Program-made: the position numbers and the translations under genes
Notes under the pieces: model-generated
Databases searched by the model: none
What the model was told of the DNA's origin: nothing
The model's input: only the letters and a program-made list of their open reading frames with translations
From: Lama glama
Lineage: Eukaryota
DNA: 64,000 nt
Assembly (NCBI GenBank): GCA_028534125.1
Contig: CM052817.1
Location: 32,614,001-32,678,000, forward strand
Direction: 5' to 3'
In this document: piece by piece, positions 51,048 to 64,000 of the stretch
Layout of the letters: the number at the start of each line of letters is the position of its first letter
How positions within the stretch are numbered: position 1 is the first letter of the stretch

Positions 51048-51556
51048 TAAAAGGGTGGGAGAGACACTATTTGCTCTTATTAATTAATTACAAATCAATT
51101 AACAGAATAATACATAGGGCATACATGTAAATCATAAGCTTTGCTAAGTTCCTGAGTTATTAAAGTTCTATTCAAATGTGCTTCTAAATTCCAAAGACTC
51201 CTTTGCTGGGCTTAGTAGAAAAGGTGACCAGATGGCAGTTCCAAGCTGTCCAGTCAGGAACTGAAAATGTGCTGGCTCAGAGGCAGTGCCAAAATGCTGG
51301 GCTGAGGGGAAAATGGGGGCTACAGCCCACCTGAGTCCTGGGAACTCGAACCTCAGCTCAGTGAGTGATCCCACCTGACTGCGTCCCCCGTTCTTAACTC
51401 CTCTCCTGGGAAGGACTCAGAACATCTACTGAATCAACTTTAACCCCTGCAAACAAGTCAGGAAGGAGCATACAATTGGTACTTAATAAAGCAGGTCTTT
51501 AGGCAACCTTCTAGCTCCAGAAACAGATATAAATATGTCTTAAAGCCACCAGGCAT

Positions 51557-53569
51557 AAAAAAACTCCTAGAGCTGATAAAAGAACTCAGCAAGGTAGCAG
51601 GACACAAGATTAACATACAGAAAACGGCTGTGTTCTTTACACTAACAATGAAATATCAGAAAAGGAAAGAAATAATACCTTTTAAAATCACATCAAAAAA
51701 TAAAAATAAAAAATACTTGGGAATAAACCTGATCAAGGAGGTGAAAGACTTATATGTGGAGAACTACAGAATTGATTAAGGAAGTTAAAGATGACTTATA
51801 GAAATGGAAAGATATCCCATGCTCTTAGATTGGAAGAATTAATACTGTTAAAATGGCCACACTACCCAAAGCAACCTACAGATTTAATGATATCCCTATC
51901 AAATTACTCAGAACACTTTTCACAGAAGTAGAACAAATAATCCTAAAATTTATATGGAATCATAAGACTCGGAATAGCGAAAGGAATGTTGAAGAAAAGA
52001 ATGAAGCTGGAGGAATAACCCTCCCAGACTTCAGACAATACTACAGAGCTACAATAATCAAAACAGCATGGTACTGGCATAAAAACAGATATACGGATCA
52101 ACAGAACAGAATAGAGAGCCCAGAAATAAACGAACACACCTATGATTAATTAATTTTGGAAAAGGAAGAAAGAATATACAATGGAGAAAAGACAGTCTCT
52201 TCAGCAAGTAGTATTGGGAAAGCTGGACAACCATGTGTAAATCATGTGAAATTTGAACACTCCCTCATACCAGACACAAAAATAAACTTAAAATAGCTTA
52301 AAGACTTAAAACATAAGACCAGACACTGTAAACCTCCTAGAAGGAAACATAGGCAAGACATTTTCTGACATCAATCTTGGCAATGTTCTCCTAGGGCAGT
52401 CTACCCAGGCGATACAAATGAAAGCAAAAATAAACAATGGGACCTAATTAAATGCATAAGCTTTTGCACAGCAAAGGAAAACATAAACAAAACAAAAAGA
52501 GAACCTACGGACTGGCAGAAAATATTTGCAAATGATGTGACTGACAAGGGCTTAATTCCAGAATGTATAAACAGCTCATATAGCTTAATAACAAAACAAC
52601 AAACAAACCAATCAAAAAATGGGCAGAAGACCTAAACAAGCAATCCTCCAATGAAGACATGCAAATGGCCAATAGGCACATGAAAAAATGCTCAATATCC
52701 CTAATTATCAGAGAAATGCGAATCAAAGCTACAATGAGGTATCACCTCACACCAGTCAGAATAGGCCTCATTAAAAAGTCTATAAATGATAAATGCTGGA
52801 GAGGGTGTGGAGAAAAGGGAACCCTCCTACACTGTTGGGGGGAATGTAGTTTCACGCAGCCATTATGGAAGACAGTATGGAGATTTCTTAAAAAACTAAA
52901 AATAGACTTACCATATGATCTAGCAATCCCACTCCTGGGCATATATCCCAAGGGAACTCTAATTTGAAAAGATACATGTACCCCAATGTTCACGGCAGCA
53001 CTATTTACAACAGCCAAGACATGGAAACAACCTAAATGTCCATCTACAGATGACTGGATAAAGTTGTGGTATATTTATACAATGGAATACTACTCAGCCA
53101 TAAAAAGAATAAAATAATGCCATTTGCAGCATCATGGGTGGACCTGGAGATTGTTATTCTAAGTGAAGTAAGCCAGAAAGAGAAAGAAAAATACCATATG
53201 ATATCACTCATATGCGGAATCTAAAAAAAAGACACTAATGAACTTACCTACAAAACAGAAACAGACTCACTGACATAGAAAACAAAATTATGGTTGCTGG
53301 GGGCAGGGAAGGGGGTGGAAAGGGATGAATTGGGAGTTCGAGATTTGCAGATACTAACTACTATATATATAAAATAGATGAACAACAAGTTTATAATGTA
53401 TAGTACAGGAACGTATATTCAGTATCTTGTAGTAACCTATAATGAAAGAGAATATGAAAAGGAATATATATATGTATATGCATGACTGAAACATTTTGCT
53501 GTACGCCAGAAATTGACACAACATTGTAAACTGAATATACTTCAATTTAAAAAGAAATGAAAAAAAAAA
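51557..53569 (+). mobile_element. 5'-truncated L1 (ORF2 C-terminal half + 3'UTR + A tail)
   Basis: ORFs [14 protein letters not shown]...AGGITLPDF...KTAWYW and MRYHLTPVR...[15 protein letters not shown] are L1 ORF2p; stops and frameshifts present. Confidence 0.95.
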
Positions 53570-54264
53570 GCCTCTGAGAAGCACTGAAAACCACAGATTT
53601 GCAAAGCAAAAACTCAGTTTAAATGGAAAGGGAAGAAATTAACAACAACAAAATTAAGCTCCAACTGGCCTAGCAAATCTTATGATTCAAGCAGAGAACC
53701 ACCAACGGAGCACTGAGGCTAGACTGGGAAATTCCCACGCCTCAGTTCTAAAATGCCTTGGTCAAGGTCATCTGGGAAAGTCAGACTGAATGGCCCCCTT
53801 AAAATCGTCTCTCCAAGACTACTGCAGAATGAAACCATTCGTCTCCATAAACCCCTCAGTTGACATTTGCACTGCAATCACAAGCAACATTTACAAAGGG
53901 CGAGAGACCCTGGAAAAGGAGAAAAAATGTTGTTTTCTGAAAGCATGAAGACTGGCACAAAGAGTTTTGCACAGTTGGAGGAACAACCAGCTGAGGCCAT
54001 CACAACAGAGAGGCTCCCCAGGGGCTAATTTGCCGCTCCAGATCTAGCGCAGTTTAATCCCACTGTGAGAGTTCACTAATGGTCCTGGCAATTCTGACGG
54101 AAGCACTCTGTAAAGGCTGCTTGCCCTGGGCAGAGGACGCTACTCAAAGCAGGTCCTGTATTTCTCAATCTGTGAAGTAAAACTTTAACTTACTCCTTCT
54201 TTTACACTAAGTTCTAAGCATTTTACAGTAACAATAACAACAAAGCCCGCAGGCTATGTATTTT

Positions 54265-54455
54265 CTTAGAAAGTAGAAGGCTTTCCAACAATTAGAGCTT
54301 TCTAAAAATGGAGCACATCACTTCGGGAGATTGAGTTCCCTCTCCCTGGACGGGATCCAGCAGATGCTGGTGACCGACTGGCTAGGACATCACAGCAGGG
54401 ACTCGGGCACTGGTAGAGAAAGGATTAGGTGACTCCCATCCAGTTAAAGGATCTA
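54265..54455 (+). mobile_element. CR1/L3 3' relic
   Basis: ttccaacaattagagct...gagttccctctccctgga...cagcagatgctgg. Confidence 0.55.
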
Positions 54456-55279
54456 AGAAAATGGAGGTGATTATCCAACTAATTCTGGGGGGTTGGGGTG
54501 TAACATTCTTGCCACAAATCTAATCATTTCAGGGGACAAAAAATGTAGGTTTTTCAGGAAGCACCCTCTTCCATAAAGACACACCCACACATTCCAATTC
54601 TCTTCCACAAACCTAGCATAAATGGTTGGAATCCCACTCTGACAAACTCTACGACATGACCCAAAAGTATGGGAGGAATCTTGGCACACAGACTTTCGAT
54701 CCACAGTAACTCTCCTTGAAATCACAGGGTGGGTAACAGCTTCTGCAATACAATTATCTGGGGGGTGCAATGTCTGCATTTGCTGGGATCAACAGACCTG
54801 TTCACAGACAAAAAAATAAATTACAAATGTGACTGAGCCTATTATGTGAAAATCCACACAGAGTACCACAAGATGGATTTAGTAACTGTTAATTTCAAAG
54901 ATAACTAAAAGGATTAGATCAGCTGTCCAGTCTGGGCAGGTTTCCTGGCTAAATGTAGAGAGGTGATGCCCCATTGTTCTGGTTCCTGTATCATAAGCTC
55001 ACAGGGTTCTCTCCACACTCCTTCACAGCATTTTGCAATTGTAGTTACAAAACCAATTATTCATTTTGTTATAAGTGTCTGTCTTCCATACTGAAAGTTC
55101 CAGAAAGGCAAGGCTCTCACTGCATTCTCAGTGTCTGTACCTTTACATGCAGATGTGGAAAAACAAAGTAAGAAACATATTTACTGAATAAAAGAGTTCT
55201 CATCTATACAGCCACTGTATTACCAAAGTGAAGACATCTGAGAACAGTGGGCATAGGCCAGGATGTGGCGAAATGAGGA

Positions 55280-55420
55280 GGGGAGGGTATAGCTCAGCGG
55301 TAGAGTGGGTGCTTAGCATGAGCAAGGTCCTGGGTTCAATCCCCAGCACCTCCATAAACAAACAAACAAACAAACCTAATCACCCCTCCCCCCTCGTAAA
55401 AAAGTTAAAAAAAAAAAAAA
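55280..55420 (+). mobile_element. Camelid tRNA-derived SINE inserted in an old L1 (~55200-55880)
   Basis: GGGGAGGGTATAGCTCAGCGG...GGTTCAATCC, (AAAC)n linker, C-run, A tail. Confidence 0.88.
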
Positions 55421-56379
55421 GAAGACAAGAATGTGGAGGGATGAAAATGCTCATACACTGAGTGTATAAAACGGTACAACCACTTTGGGAATTTGGTATT
55501 TTTCTAATGAGTTTAATGATAAGCACACCTTATTACCTGACAAATTTACTTCTGTCTGTATCCTAGAGAAATTAGACTTATGTACACTAGATTATATGTA
55601 TTGGAACATTCACAGCATTGTTCATAGTTGCCCCAAATTGGAAACGACCAAATAGCCACCAACAGTAAAATGGATTCATGAATTGTGGTATATTTGGGCA
55701 ATGGAATACTACATGGCAATGAAAGAACTAAAGCATCATGCAATTACACAAGTAAATCTCATAAGAGATGCTGAGAAGAAAAAAAAACACAGGACACAAA
55801 AGAATACATGCTGTATGATCCATTCATATAAAGATCAAAAAAAAAAGACAAACTGAACTATTTATTTTAGGGCTGCAAAGATAAGTTTTGAGTTCTACCA
55901 AACATTCGAAGAACAGATAATTCAAAACTTACACAAGAAATTCTCCCCAAGAAGAGAAAGAAACTGGAGGCTACTACTGTACTTTGGGTGGGAGAGTCCC
56001 ACGGAGGAGGAGGAAAAACGCAGAAAATCCAGTAGGAAGTTACTGCAGTGGTTTAGCGGAGACTGCCAGGCAAGGGCTGATGGGTTCTTCTACCCACCTA
56101 GGTTCTTCTGACTGCTCTGAAAGTTAAATTGGCATGGGACAGATGAACAGGATAAAGTAGTGACGGTTGGCCCCAGCTAGGGTGGGAGCAGTGGGACCGA
56201 GGGAAGCAGAGGATTAAAGAGAGACACAATAGACAGGACTGGTGATAGAGCAGACACAAGACGTAAGGTGAGAATGGTGCCAGGGAATACTCCCTTATTA
56301 AAAGAAAGGAAGAGAGAAAAAAGACTGCAAATCTGCAAATTACACGATTTACAATACAGTCCTAATTCTGATGCTTTAA

Positions 56380-57310
56380 AGTATATGAACTTTTCTAAAA
56401 ATAAATTCAGTATCAAAAAGAAGAAAAAACTGCAATGGTGGTTAAAACACATAAAATGTTAAAACTCATGAGGTTTAACACAAAAGAAGAAAGAGGGGAT
56501 GAAGGGTTTCAAAGGTTTTAGCATTGCTGGGAAAGTCGTAAAAAACCAAACCAAGTTAAGGATGTGCGTTGTAGTCTCTAGCATAACCTCTAGAAGAATT
56601 AGAAACTAACATAGTAATAGATGTCAAAAAAGAAAGGAAAATGTTTCATTGATACAAATAAAGCCAAAAGAGAAAAAAAAAAAAAGACTACAAATAGGTG
56701 GGTTAAATAGAAGCAAAGAGTAGGACAGGAGAAAAGTACTGTCATTTTACTGCATGTGTTCAGCACCACAGGATCCTTCCAGAATGTGGGAAATTCCTTA
56801 GGACAAACAACCTGATTTCTTCCACAACTAAATTGCAAGGGGAAAAAAAGGAGGGGTAGTAACCTAAAGATTAAGACACATACTGACCAAATGCGAAGTG
56901 TGGACCATGTTTGGATCCTGATTTGAACTAATGCTGCTCAAAAAAATAAATATATATATATATAATGAGAGAAACTTGAACATTAACTGAAAAATGATTT
57001 AAAAGAATTATTTTTAGGTGTGATAATGGTATCATACCAATGTTTTTTTAAAAAAAGAAAAGATTCCTTACCATTTAGAGATACATAACAAAGTAATGAA
57101 GGAATTACAAATGAAATGATGTTACCTGGGATTTGCCTAAATACAGATCAGTTTGGTGACGGTGGTGGTGGGGGATGCTCAAAAGGAAAGATGATGGAAA
57201 TGGACCAGTGTGTTAACAATCACTGATCCCAAGTAATACTTACATGGGGTTGATTACAGTATTGTCTCTATTTCTGTATTCATTTGAATTTTACTGGAAT
57301 GTAAAATATA
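56380..57310 (+). mobile_element. Old L1 fragments (L1MC/ME-like)
   Basis: ccaaatgcgaagtgtggacc...ggatcctgattt...ggtgtgataatggtat...atttagagatacat. Confidence 0.6.
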
Positions 57311-57612
57311 AAGGAACAGAAGGAGAAAGGGAGGGAGGAGAGACCTCTAGATAGATACGTATGTATAGAAAATGTTTTGGCAGGATATATTTCAAAGTGT
57401 TTAAATGGTTATCTCTGGGATAACGTGATCACAATTTTTAGAAAATGTTACAAATTTATCATCTCCGGGTGGGGAGATCACTGGGAACTTTCAGTCTCTT
57501 CTGGCTTAGCTATGTTTTGTAATTGTTTCTACAGTGAACAAATCAGAATGTTTCAAACACTGTTTGAAAGGACAGAAGACTGCCAAAAAACAAAGAGCTT
57601 CCCACTTAAATC

Positions 57613-57748
57613 CACATTTCTTAACCATTTCTGGGTCCCAGTCCCTTTGCAGAATCTGATGAAAGCTACTGTCTCCCCAGAAAAATGCACAATCCTACAG
57701 GATTTTTCATACAATGTTAAAAAAAACTCTGAAACCCCAGATGAACCC
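57613..57748. mobile_element. MER103-like hAT MITE
   Basis: ccctttgcagaatctgatgaaagcta...ccccagaaaaatgcac. Confidence 0.6.
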
Positions 57749-57769
57749 ATACTTTCTATGTTATTAGCA

Positions 57770-58045
57770 GTTATAATAAATAACAATAGCTGACTTTTAT
57801 TGCATACTTGGTATGTGCCAAGCATGTTCCTAAGTGCTTTCCAAGTGTTAACTCATTTAATCCTCCCAGCAACTCTACGGGATAGGTGGTCTGATCACCC
57901 CCAATTCACAGATGAGGAGTGGGGACAGAGAGGCTGAATAATTTGCACAAAGTCCCATAGCTGCTGATTTTTTCGGTCGACTGGCAGAGCCAGCATACAA
58001 ACTTAGCAGCCTGGCTCTACAGCTGGCCTTTCAATTACCACATGA
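57770..58045 (-). mobile_element. MIR
   Basis: taactcatttaatcctcccagcaactct...cacagatgagg...atttgcacaaagtc. Confidence 0.8.
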
Positions 58046-58661
58046 GGAGGCCACTCATAGAGTTAAATCAAATATATGAAGCCAACGCAACATTCTCAGT
58101 CCGGCTCTATAAAACATCCTCTAACTCAGCTAGCACTAAATGCCTACCATGAGCCAGACTCACCCAGACACACAGCTCACCCCACCCTCACAACAGCATC
58201 TGTAGGGGACCATCCCGAACACCTGGCTGGGTGTTGGAGAATCAGAAGTCAAGCCTGTCTTATGACTTCAAGTTCACCATACCACAGCTGATTCCCTTTA
58301 AGCTGGGGAGATGGTCTGTTCTAAGTCACACAGATCTCCTCGTGGCCAAAATCTTTTCAAGATAACTGGTAGTGGTCCAGTTTACTAGTTCAATTTGTAG
58401 ACCTCAAAATTAGCCCACGATGCAAAGCAATCTAGTTTTTGAGATATTTTTTCCCTCATCCCTCTACTTTAGACAGCTGAGACATCTTGGGTGGAGACAT
58501 GCTTCTGAAAGTTTGCACCTGAAGTTCATACACATGCACAGAATTGCCTGCATATACTGAAAATAACTGCTAGGTGCTCTGATACGGCACTGCACTCATG
58601 CACCACGTCGCTGGTACAGATATGCACGAGCAAATTACACGAAAGCCCTCCCGATGCTTAC

Positions 58662-58891
58662 AGTTTCACAGTTCAAGCATCGAGTTTCATTGGTGAGCGT
58701 TCCCTGAAAAATCTCATGGACCCAGGTGAGTTCTGGTTTATTATTTTCCACAGGTTCGTTCATGTTGCCATTTTTTAACTTTCCATTTTGTTTCTCCTGT
58801 TTCTTCTCTTCCTGCAGGATGTCCGCAATAGTGTTTAGCAAATAATTTAAAAATTCGTGAGCATCCTGTTGCATGTAGTTATCAAAGAGAT
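58662..58891 (-). CDS. USP46: USP46 exon 4 ([15 protein letters not shown]...RCLNCET)
   Basis: 230 nt; acceptor ccttgcAG, donor GTAAGC; QQDAHEF USP motif and first CxxC of the Zn finger. Confidence 0.98.
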
Positions 58892-60304
58892 CTGCAAGGA
58901 AGAAGATCATTATTTCAATCTCTGGTTCTTGAAAAGCAAAGAAAATGCTTAATTTTACAAACCACACTTCAATATTCATATTGAAAGAGTGGACAGGTGT
59001 GGACTATATTCATCTCTATTTTGCAACTTCAATGGGTAAGCTTTTCAAAAATTTTTGTTCATTTCCATTTTTTACCACCCATCCAGAACTAAATGTCCTA
59101 TATCTCCCCTAAAAGTCATCATATAAAAAGCAACCAACATTTTCATTTGTTCTACAAAAGAAAAAAAAAATAGCAGGAATTACTTAATAAGCTCCCTGAT
59201 AAAATATCAATATTTAATATGATGTGACCACCAATGATCAATTATTCATTTTGTAATTTATTCAGACCAACAGGGTCTCTTCTCAAAGATCATATTAAAC
59301 CCTGGACAAGGCTGGAAGCAGCTTAAATGAAACACACAAGGGAGACGAGGGTTATGTGTGAAAATGTATCTGTCTGTCTGACAGTGTTCTGAAACCAAAT
59401 ACAAAAGCTTCCAGAAGCCTGCCGCTCTTCCCTACCATAAGGACAGACAATAGAGAGACGGATGCAGCTGCGAACCTTCATTATTAATCACAGTCACAAG
59501 GAGACTCAGGAGCGCTCTGCTTCCTTCCCAGATCATTTTTATTCTGACATGTATAAACTACAACAACTTTAAAAGAGAGCAATCAAATTAAATGAGACTT
59601 TATAAAACAAACAGCTGGTTAACTGTGCCAGTCTGTTGTAACAGGGCTGCAACCCAGAATAAGCACAAGTTGCCGTGTCAAACATGTGTATGGTCATAAA
59701 AATTACCCAGGCAAAACTCCTGGAAGAACCCAGGCTCTACCACCCCTTCTCCCCAAAAAAGGAGATAGGAAAAAACAGAAGAAAATCAGTTGACAGTAGG
59801 TCATTTTTATCATATAAAAATATCAATCTGATATCCTTCAATTGTCTCTGGCAAATAAAGATCAGAGGTATTATTTCTAAATCAGCAGAGGCTCCGATTG
59901 GATAATACGCATTTACTTTAATCACTTATGACAAGTTGAGAAGATAGTACTGTTTTATTCAATTATTGCATCAACCTATTTTTATAATCAGTGTCCTGCC
60001 TTGGGCAATCTTTCCTCTTCCAATGACCCTCCCCGCAAAAAACTCCCAGTGTGGAGCAAATAAAAAGATCATTCCAAAATGCGATGATAAATCCAAAATT
60101 TTAAGTATATTTTTTATCCACTTTTGTTTGATATACTGGGTGGGAAAGGAGAACTATCTTTTCTTTAAAAAAAAAATGGTATCCGAGTAGTTGGCCGTAC
60201 TATTTTCCCATTAAAAAAAAAAAAAAGATTCATTCTGAGGGACACAGAACTGTCGATTCTCCTAATTTCAGAGCCTGAAACAGCTCTGTCTCCACACTAC
60301 TCAC

Positions 60305-60518
60305 CATTTTCTTTTCTCAGCCTCGAAATGAACTTCTTTGGTGGGATCACGCCAACCTTCTTCTTCTGCGTGGCGATGCTGTGGAAAAGGTCTGCCAGGC
60401 AGGTCAGCAGGTTTTCCTTCTTTTTTTGCTGGGCTTTGTACGCCAGCACATTCTCCCGGAACGGCCGGCAGAAGTACAAGGCCTGGAGCACGGAGTTACA
60501 GTAGCATGTGTTTCCGAA
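60305..60518 (-). CDS. USP46: USP46 exon 3 with USP Cys box ([14 protein letters not shown]; catalytic Cys44 codon 60504-60506)
   Basis: 214 nt; acceptor ccttccgcAG, donor GTGAGT; overlaps ORF 60297..60491. Confidence 0.98.
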
Positions 60519-61959
60519 CTGCGGAAGGACAACAGGGATGGTTCGCAGCAGGGTCCGGGGCCGCTATGGACCCGGTCGGGAGAGGGAGAAGGCCACCCTC
60601 TGGGGACCCGCCCAGGTTCCCCCGTCTTTGTTAGAAGACCAGTAAGTCACTCTGACCACCAGTGCCCACCTGAGCACCACAGAAACGAATACAAGTACGC
60701 AAGCCTGGCAGCTCTCCAGCCCATAAACGTCTCTAAAATGATGTGAAGCACTCGACCTTGATTTCAAAAAATCTAATGAGACCTTCTGGTGCTTAAAAAA
60801 GAGGGAGACTCTGAAGAAGACAAAAAAACCCAGCGTAATATGGAGACCCAGAAAAGCAGCTGGCTACACACAAGATGTCACGTTGCTACACATCAGAACT
60901 CCTACGGCAGGGAAAATAAAAATCCCAATCAGGAAGAAACCCGGGGAACTAGGCACCACTTGCTCCGCTACAACAGCCTTAACTGAATGGGGACTTGTTT
61001 TGGTTTCTCTTTTTCAGGATCCTAGCACCCCTGCCACTGGCTTCAGACCGCATCCCCTCACCTTCTCCAGAGCAATCTTGTTTCTGCTAAGGTGGCAACT
61101 GTCCCACTACAGTACTACCCAGTTCCTGGTCTCCTGCAATCAGATGAGGGCCCACGCAGTAAGATTTTGCAACTCTCAAATGCCCTGGATATTCAAGATT
61201 ATGATTAATGAGGGAAAAAGTCACCATCTCACTGGTTTTCAACCCACTATAAAACCAATCCCATGGGAGCACACGGAGCTGAGACATTCATTTTAGAATT
61301 TTTCATACACACTAAAATGAAACCAATCTAAGAAAATCACAAGATTAATAACACAGATGACGAAATGCTGTGTAAGATTAAAATAGAACATGAACATCTT
61401 CTCAAGACTGGTTGTCGGCTTGTGTGTCATTTGCCCAAGAGCGTGGCAGATGCACCGCCATGCTTAGTGTGACATTTCCACGTATGCTAAGACAGAACAC
61501 TTCCTATTTTTATACATTTTAATCTACTCTGACACAATTATGTAATGAGACAAACCTCTTTTTAAGGAGAAGCTGGAACTTTCAAGAATTACCATTCGAA
61601 GTAAACATAAATGAAATTATTAATAAGTTTAGCCCTCACAACGCTTCCACAGACTAGGACATGGCCTTTATTCTTCTTCCCTCCACAGCCTTCACTGTCT
61701 TGTCCCTAGACGAGGCAGAATTCCCACAACCTGAAGAACTATCTTTGTAGAGCTTAAGCTTGAGGCCTTTGCACAATGACTAAAACAAATGGTATTAAAA
61801 TTAGAAGTCAGTATTAGTCACTGATACAATGCTCTATATGCCAGTACGTTAGCCTTCCTCCTCCCATTCTTATCTCTTTTACTCTGTACCTCACCTCTAC
61901 CCAGACACCCTTTAATGACATTTGACCCTGGGCCAGGGGATAACTCCTGGGAAAGAAAA

Positions 61960-62215
61960 GGAGCTAACTTTTACTGAGTGTCCACAATGTGCCTCAGCCT
62001 CATGTCAGGATCTTCAACAGGCGCTCTCATGGCTCCTTCATTATAACCCAAGATGTAGACACCGTTATGATCTCCACTTCACAGAGGAGGAAATGAAGGC
62101 TCAGAGAGGTCAAGTGACTGCCCAAGGTCACACAGCTAGTGAACAGCAAAGGCAGAATTCAGACTCAGGTCTGTATTCCTTTGAAGCCAACGTCCACCCT
62201 ATTATACCATAGGCA
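61960..62215 (-). mobile_element. MIR
   Basis: cacagaggaggaaatgaaggctcagagaggtcaagtgactgcccaaggtcacacagctagt. Confidence 0.85.
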
Positions 62216-63021
62216 GCATTCACTCACAGAGAATATTTCCAGCTTCTCCAGTGGAAATTACAACCTATCACACCTGGGCTCTGACAGAGGATGCTCAAAG
62301 CAGTTGTTCCAGAAAACTAACTGCTTATGAGTTAACACTAGATGTCACTTAAATCCTCCACCCCAGGGAGAAAGGATCAGGTGAGGACGTTCGGGGGGTG
62401 TTGGGTAATACTGCCTTACTACTTGGTCATAATCAACTTGTCAAGGACACAGAGCCTGGAAAGTCTGGCCACATACAAGGGGACCATTGCTGAGCACAAG
62501 TAAAATGAGGCCAAGGGATTTCAAGGTAAACTGGTCCCAGTTTCCCACCTCCACCACAACTTAATCAAGCTTCAAATACCACCACCAAGTGCTGCTGTTG
62601 AACAGCTACTGGTGGTGAGCTGGTAACACTTTCAATCCTCTGGCTGAACTGATGCATACTGAAACAGAGACTTCCTAGGAGCCCATCCAGATTGTAAAGG
62701 GAGAATGTGTAAAAGCAAATATTGCTACAAAGGCTATTAATATCGCTCTGAAAGTTACACATGCAAAGGAAATCCTTTAAAAGTGGGGTTGGGGGAGGAG
62801 GAGAGAACCTGGCCTACTAATGCAATAATTAAATCCTTTTTTCTGGGGCAACTCATACCTTCAAGAACAGGTCTCAATCTCCCCCACCCCAATATTTGCC
62901 ACTTCTTAGAACTAAGGAGCATGAACAATTATTTAAAACTTGCAAATGATGAAAATGGCAGTGCAGTTGCTCCAAGAGCTCTAAAACATTTGATTAAAAT
63001 AGTACATTTTAAAATACTTAC

Positions 63022-63102
63022 ATTGACCAATCCGAAGTAGTGTTCATTGATTGGAAACTGCTCTGGACCAATGTCTTTTTCCAGAGCAGAGGCATTGGTG
63101 CC
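63022..63102 (-). CDS. USP46: USP46 coding exon 2 ([27 protein letters not shown])
   Basis: 81 nt; acceptor ...tctcttAG, donor GTAAGT; translation matches the recalled mammalian USP46 N-terminus; phase 0-0. Confidence 0.97.
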
Positions 63103-63859
63103 CTAAGAGAGAAAAACAACAAAAGTTCTGTTGTGTGTAAAATAGACAAGAAAGCAAAATGATACTTGAGAGAATCCACTATGGAGACCAGCATCCCCTC
63201 TGGTCGCCACAGGGTTTGGTGATGGTCCTGCTGAAAGAACAGGTGTCAGAAGTAGACCAGTAGATGAGGTAGTAAGGCCAGCCTATTTCTCTCCTCATCC
63301 AACTTCGTCACTCCCTCGAACTTGTCCTACCCAGCTTCAACTATCTTCTGTCAGGAAAGGAGGTTTGGGACAGGCAGATAAGCAGACTATTGCTCAGAAC
63401 TTCCGAATAAAACATTCTAAGCTTTTATACTACTCGGTGGTGTACAGAATCATACCACCATTTTCAAGGTCAATGGCATCATTCTGATAGAGGTTTATCC
63501 ATCGTGCACCCACTATGTGCCAGGCACCACTCTAGGCTCTGACAACAGAAGAGCAAAGACAGCCGGAAAGAAAAAGCAAGCACAGCGGACGGCAGGTTGG
63601 AAGGTGCTAAGTGCAGGGAAGAAAAACAAAGCAGGAAACGAGGGTGGGACTGCAGGGTATAGGGAGTGGAGGGGAGGAGAGGAGGGAGGAGGTGTGGAGG
63701 GTAGACAGTTGGAGCTCAATTTAAATAGGGGGGTCAGGGAACTGTGAGATCTCCAAGAAATACTGTAAATAATGGAGAAACACAATTTAAAACCTAACAG
63801 TCCCCAAACAGATCAAGTTGGTAAGCCATATGAACCCCAGTTCAACTCTCCAACATGAT

Positions 63860-64000
63860 AAGAAGTTACTGGGTACTCCCACTGTGTGCCAGGAGCTGCA
63901 CTGTTTATTCTCACAACAATACCATTAGGTAAGCACTATCATAAACCCCATTTAACAGACAGGAACTTAAGGCTTAGAATGGTTAAGAATCTGCCCAAGG
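63860..64000 (-). mobile_element. MIR running off the window end
   Basis: ccccatttaacagacaggaacttaaggcttagaatggttaagaatctgcccaagg. Confidence 0.75.

Noticed and set aside
51853..52967. L1 ORF2 fragments as an active retrotransposon
   Set aside because: 5'-truncated with stops and frameshifts; lacks the endonuclease and most of the RT domain.
31449..63102. USP12 or a processed pseudogene instead of USP46
   Set aside because: Introns are present with an intact frame, and [14 protein letters not shown] and the SRE C-terminus match USP46 as recalled.
63190..63210. Weak CTCF-like matches (also ~31174)
   Set aside because: Mismatches at core positions; expected by chance in 64 kb.

Overview
Mammalian genomic DNA, most likely camelid, judged from the tRNA-Ala-derived SINE with an AAATAAACCTAATTACCTCCCCCC-type tail. 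The right 60% holds coding exons 2-9 of the deubiquitinase gene USP46 on the minus strand. All GT-AG junctions and reading phases are consistent (1065 nt CDS here; the 12-codon exon 1 lies beyond the window end). A long 3'UTR with several poly(A) signals follows. The left ~25 kb is repeat-rich intergenic DNA (MaLR and ERV1 solo LTRs, L1/L2/MIR/CR1 relics, hAT elements, SINEs). No new protein-coding system was found. The most interesting signals are retrotransposition products visible through their target-site duplications (TSDs): an ORF1-only, ORF2-less 'half-L1' in intron 5; a tailless 25-nt U6 snRNA retrocopy in intron 7; an L1 3' transduction; and a poly(A)-only insertion. Also notable are strongly mosaic GC3 between USP46 exons and a strong CTCF motif just downstream of the gene. 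Repeat family names come from recalled consensus sequences, not a database search, and boundaries of old repeats are approximate.
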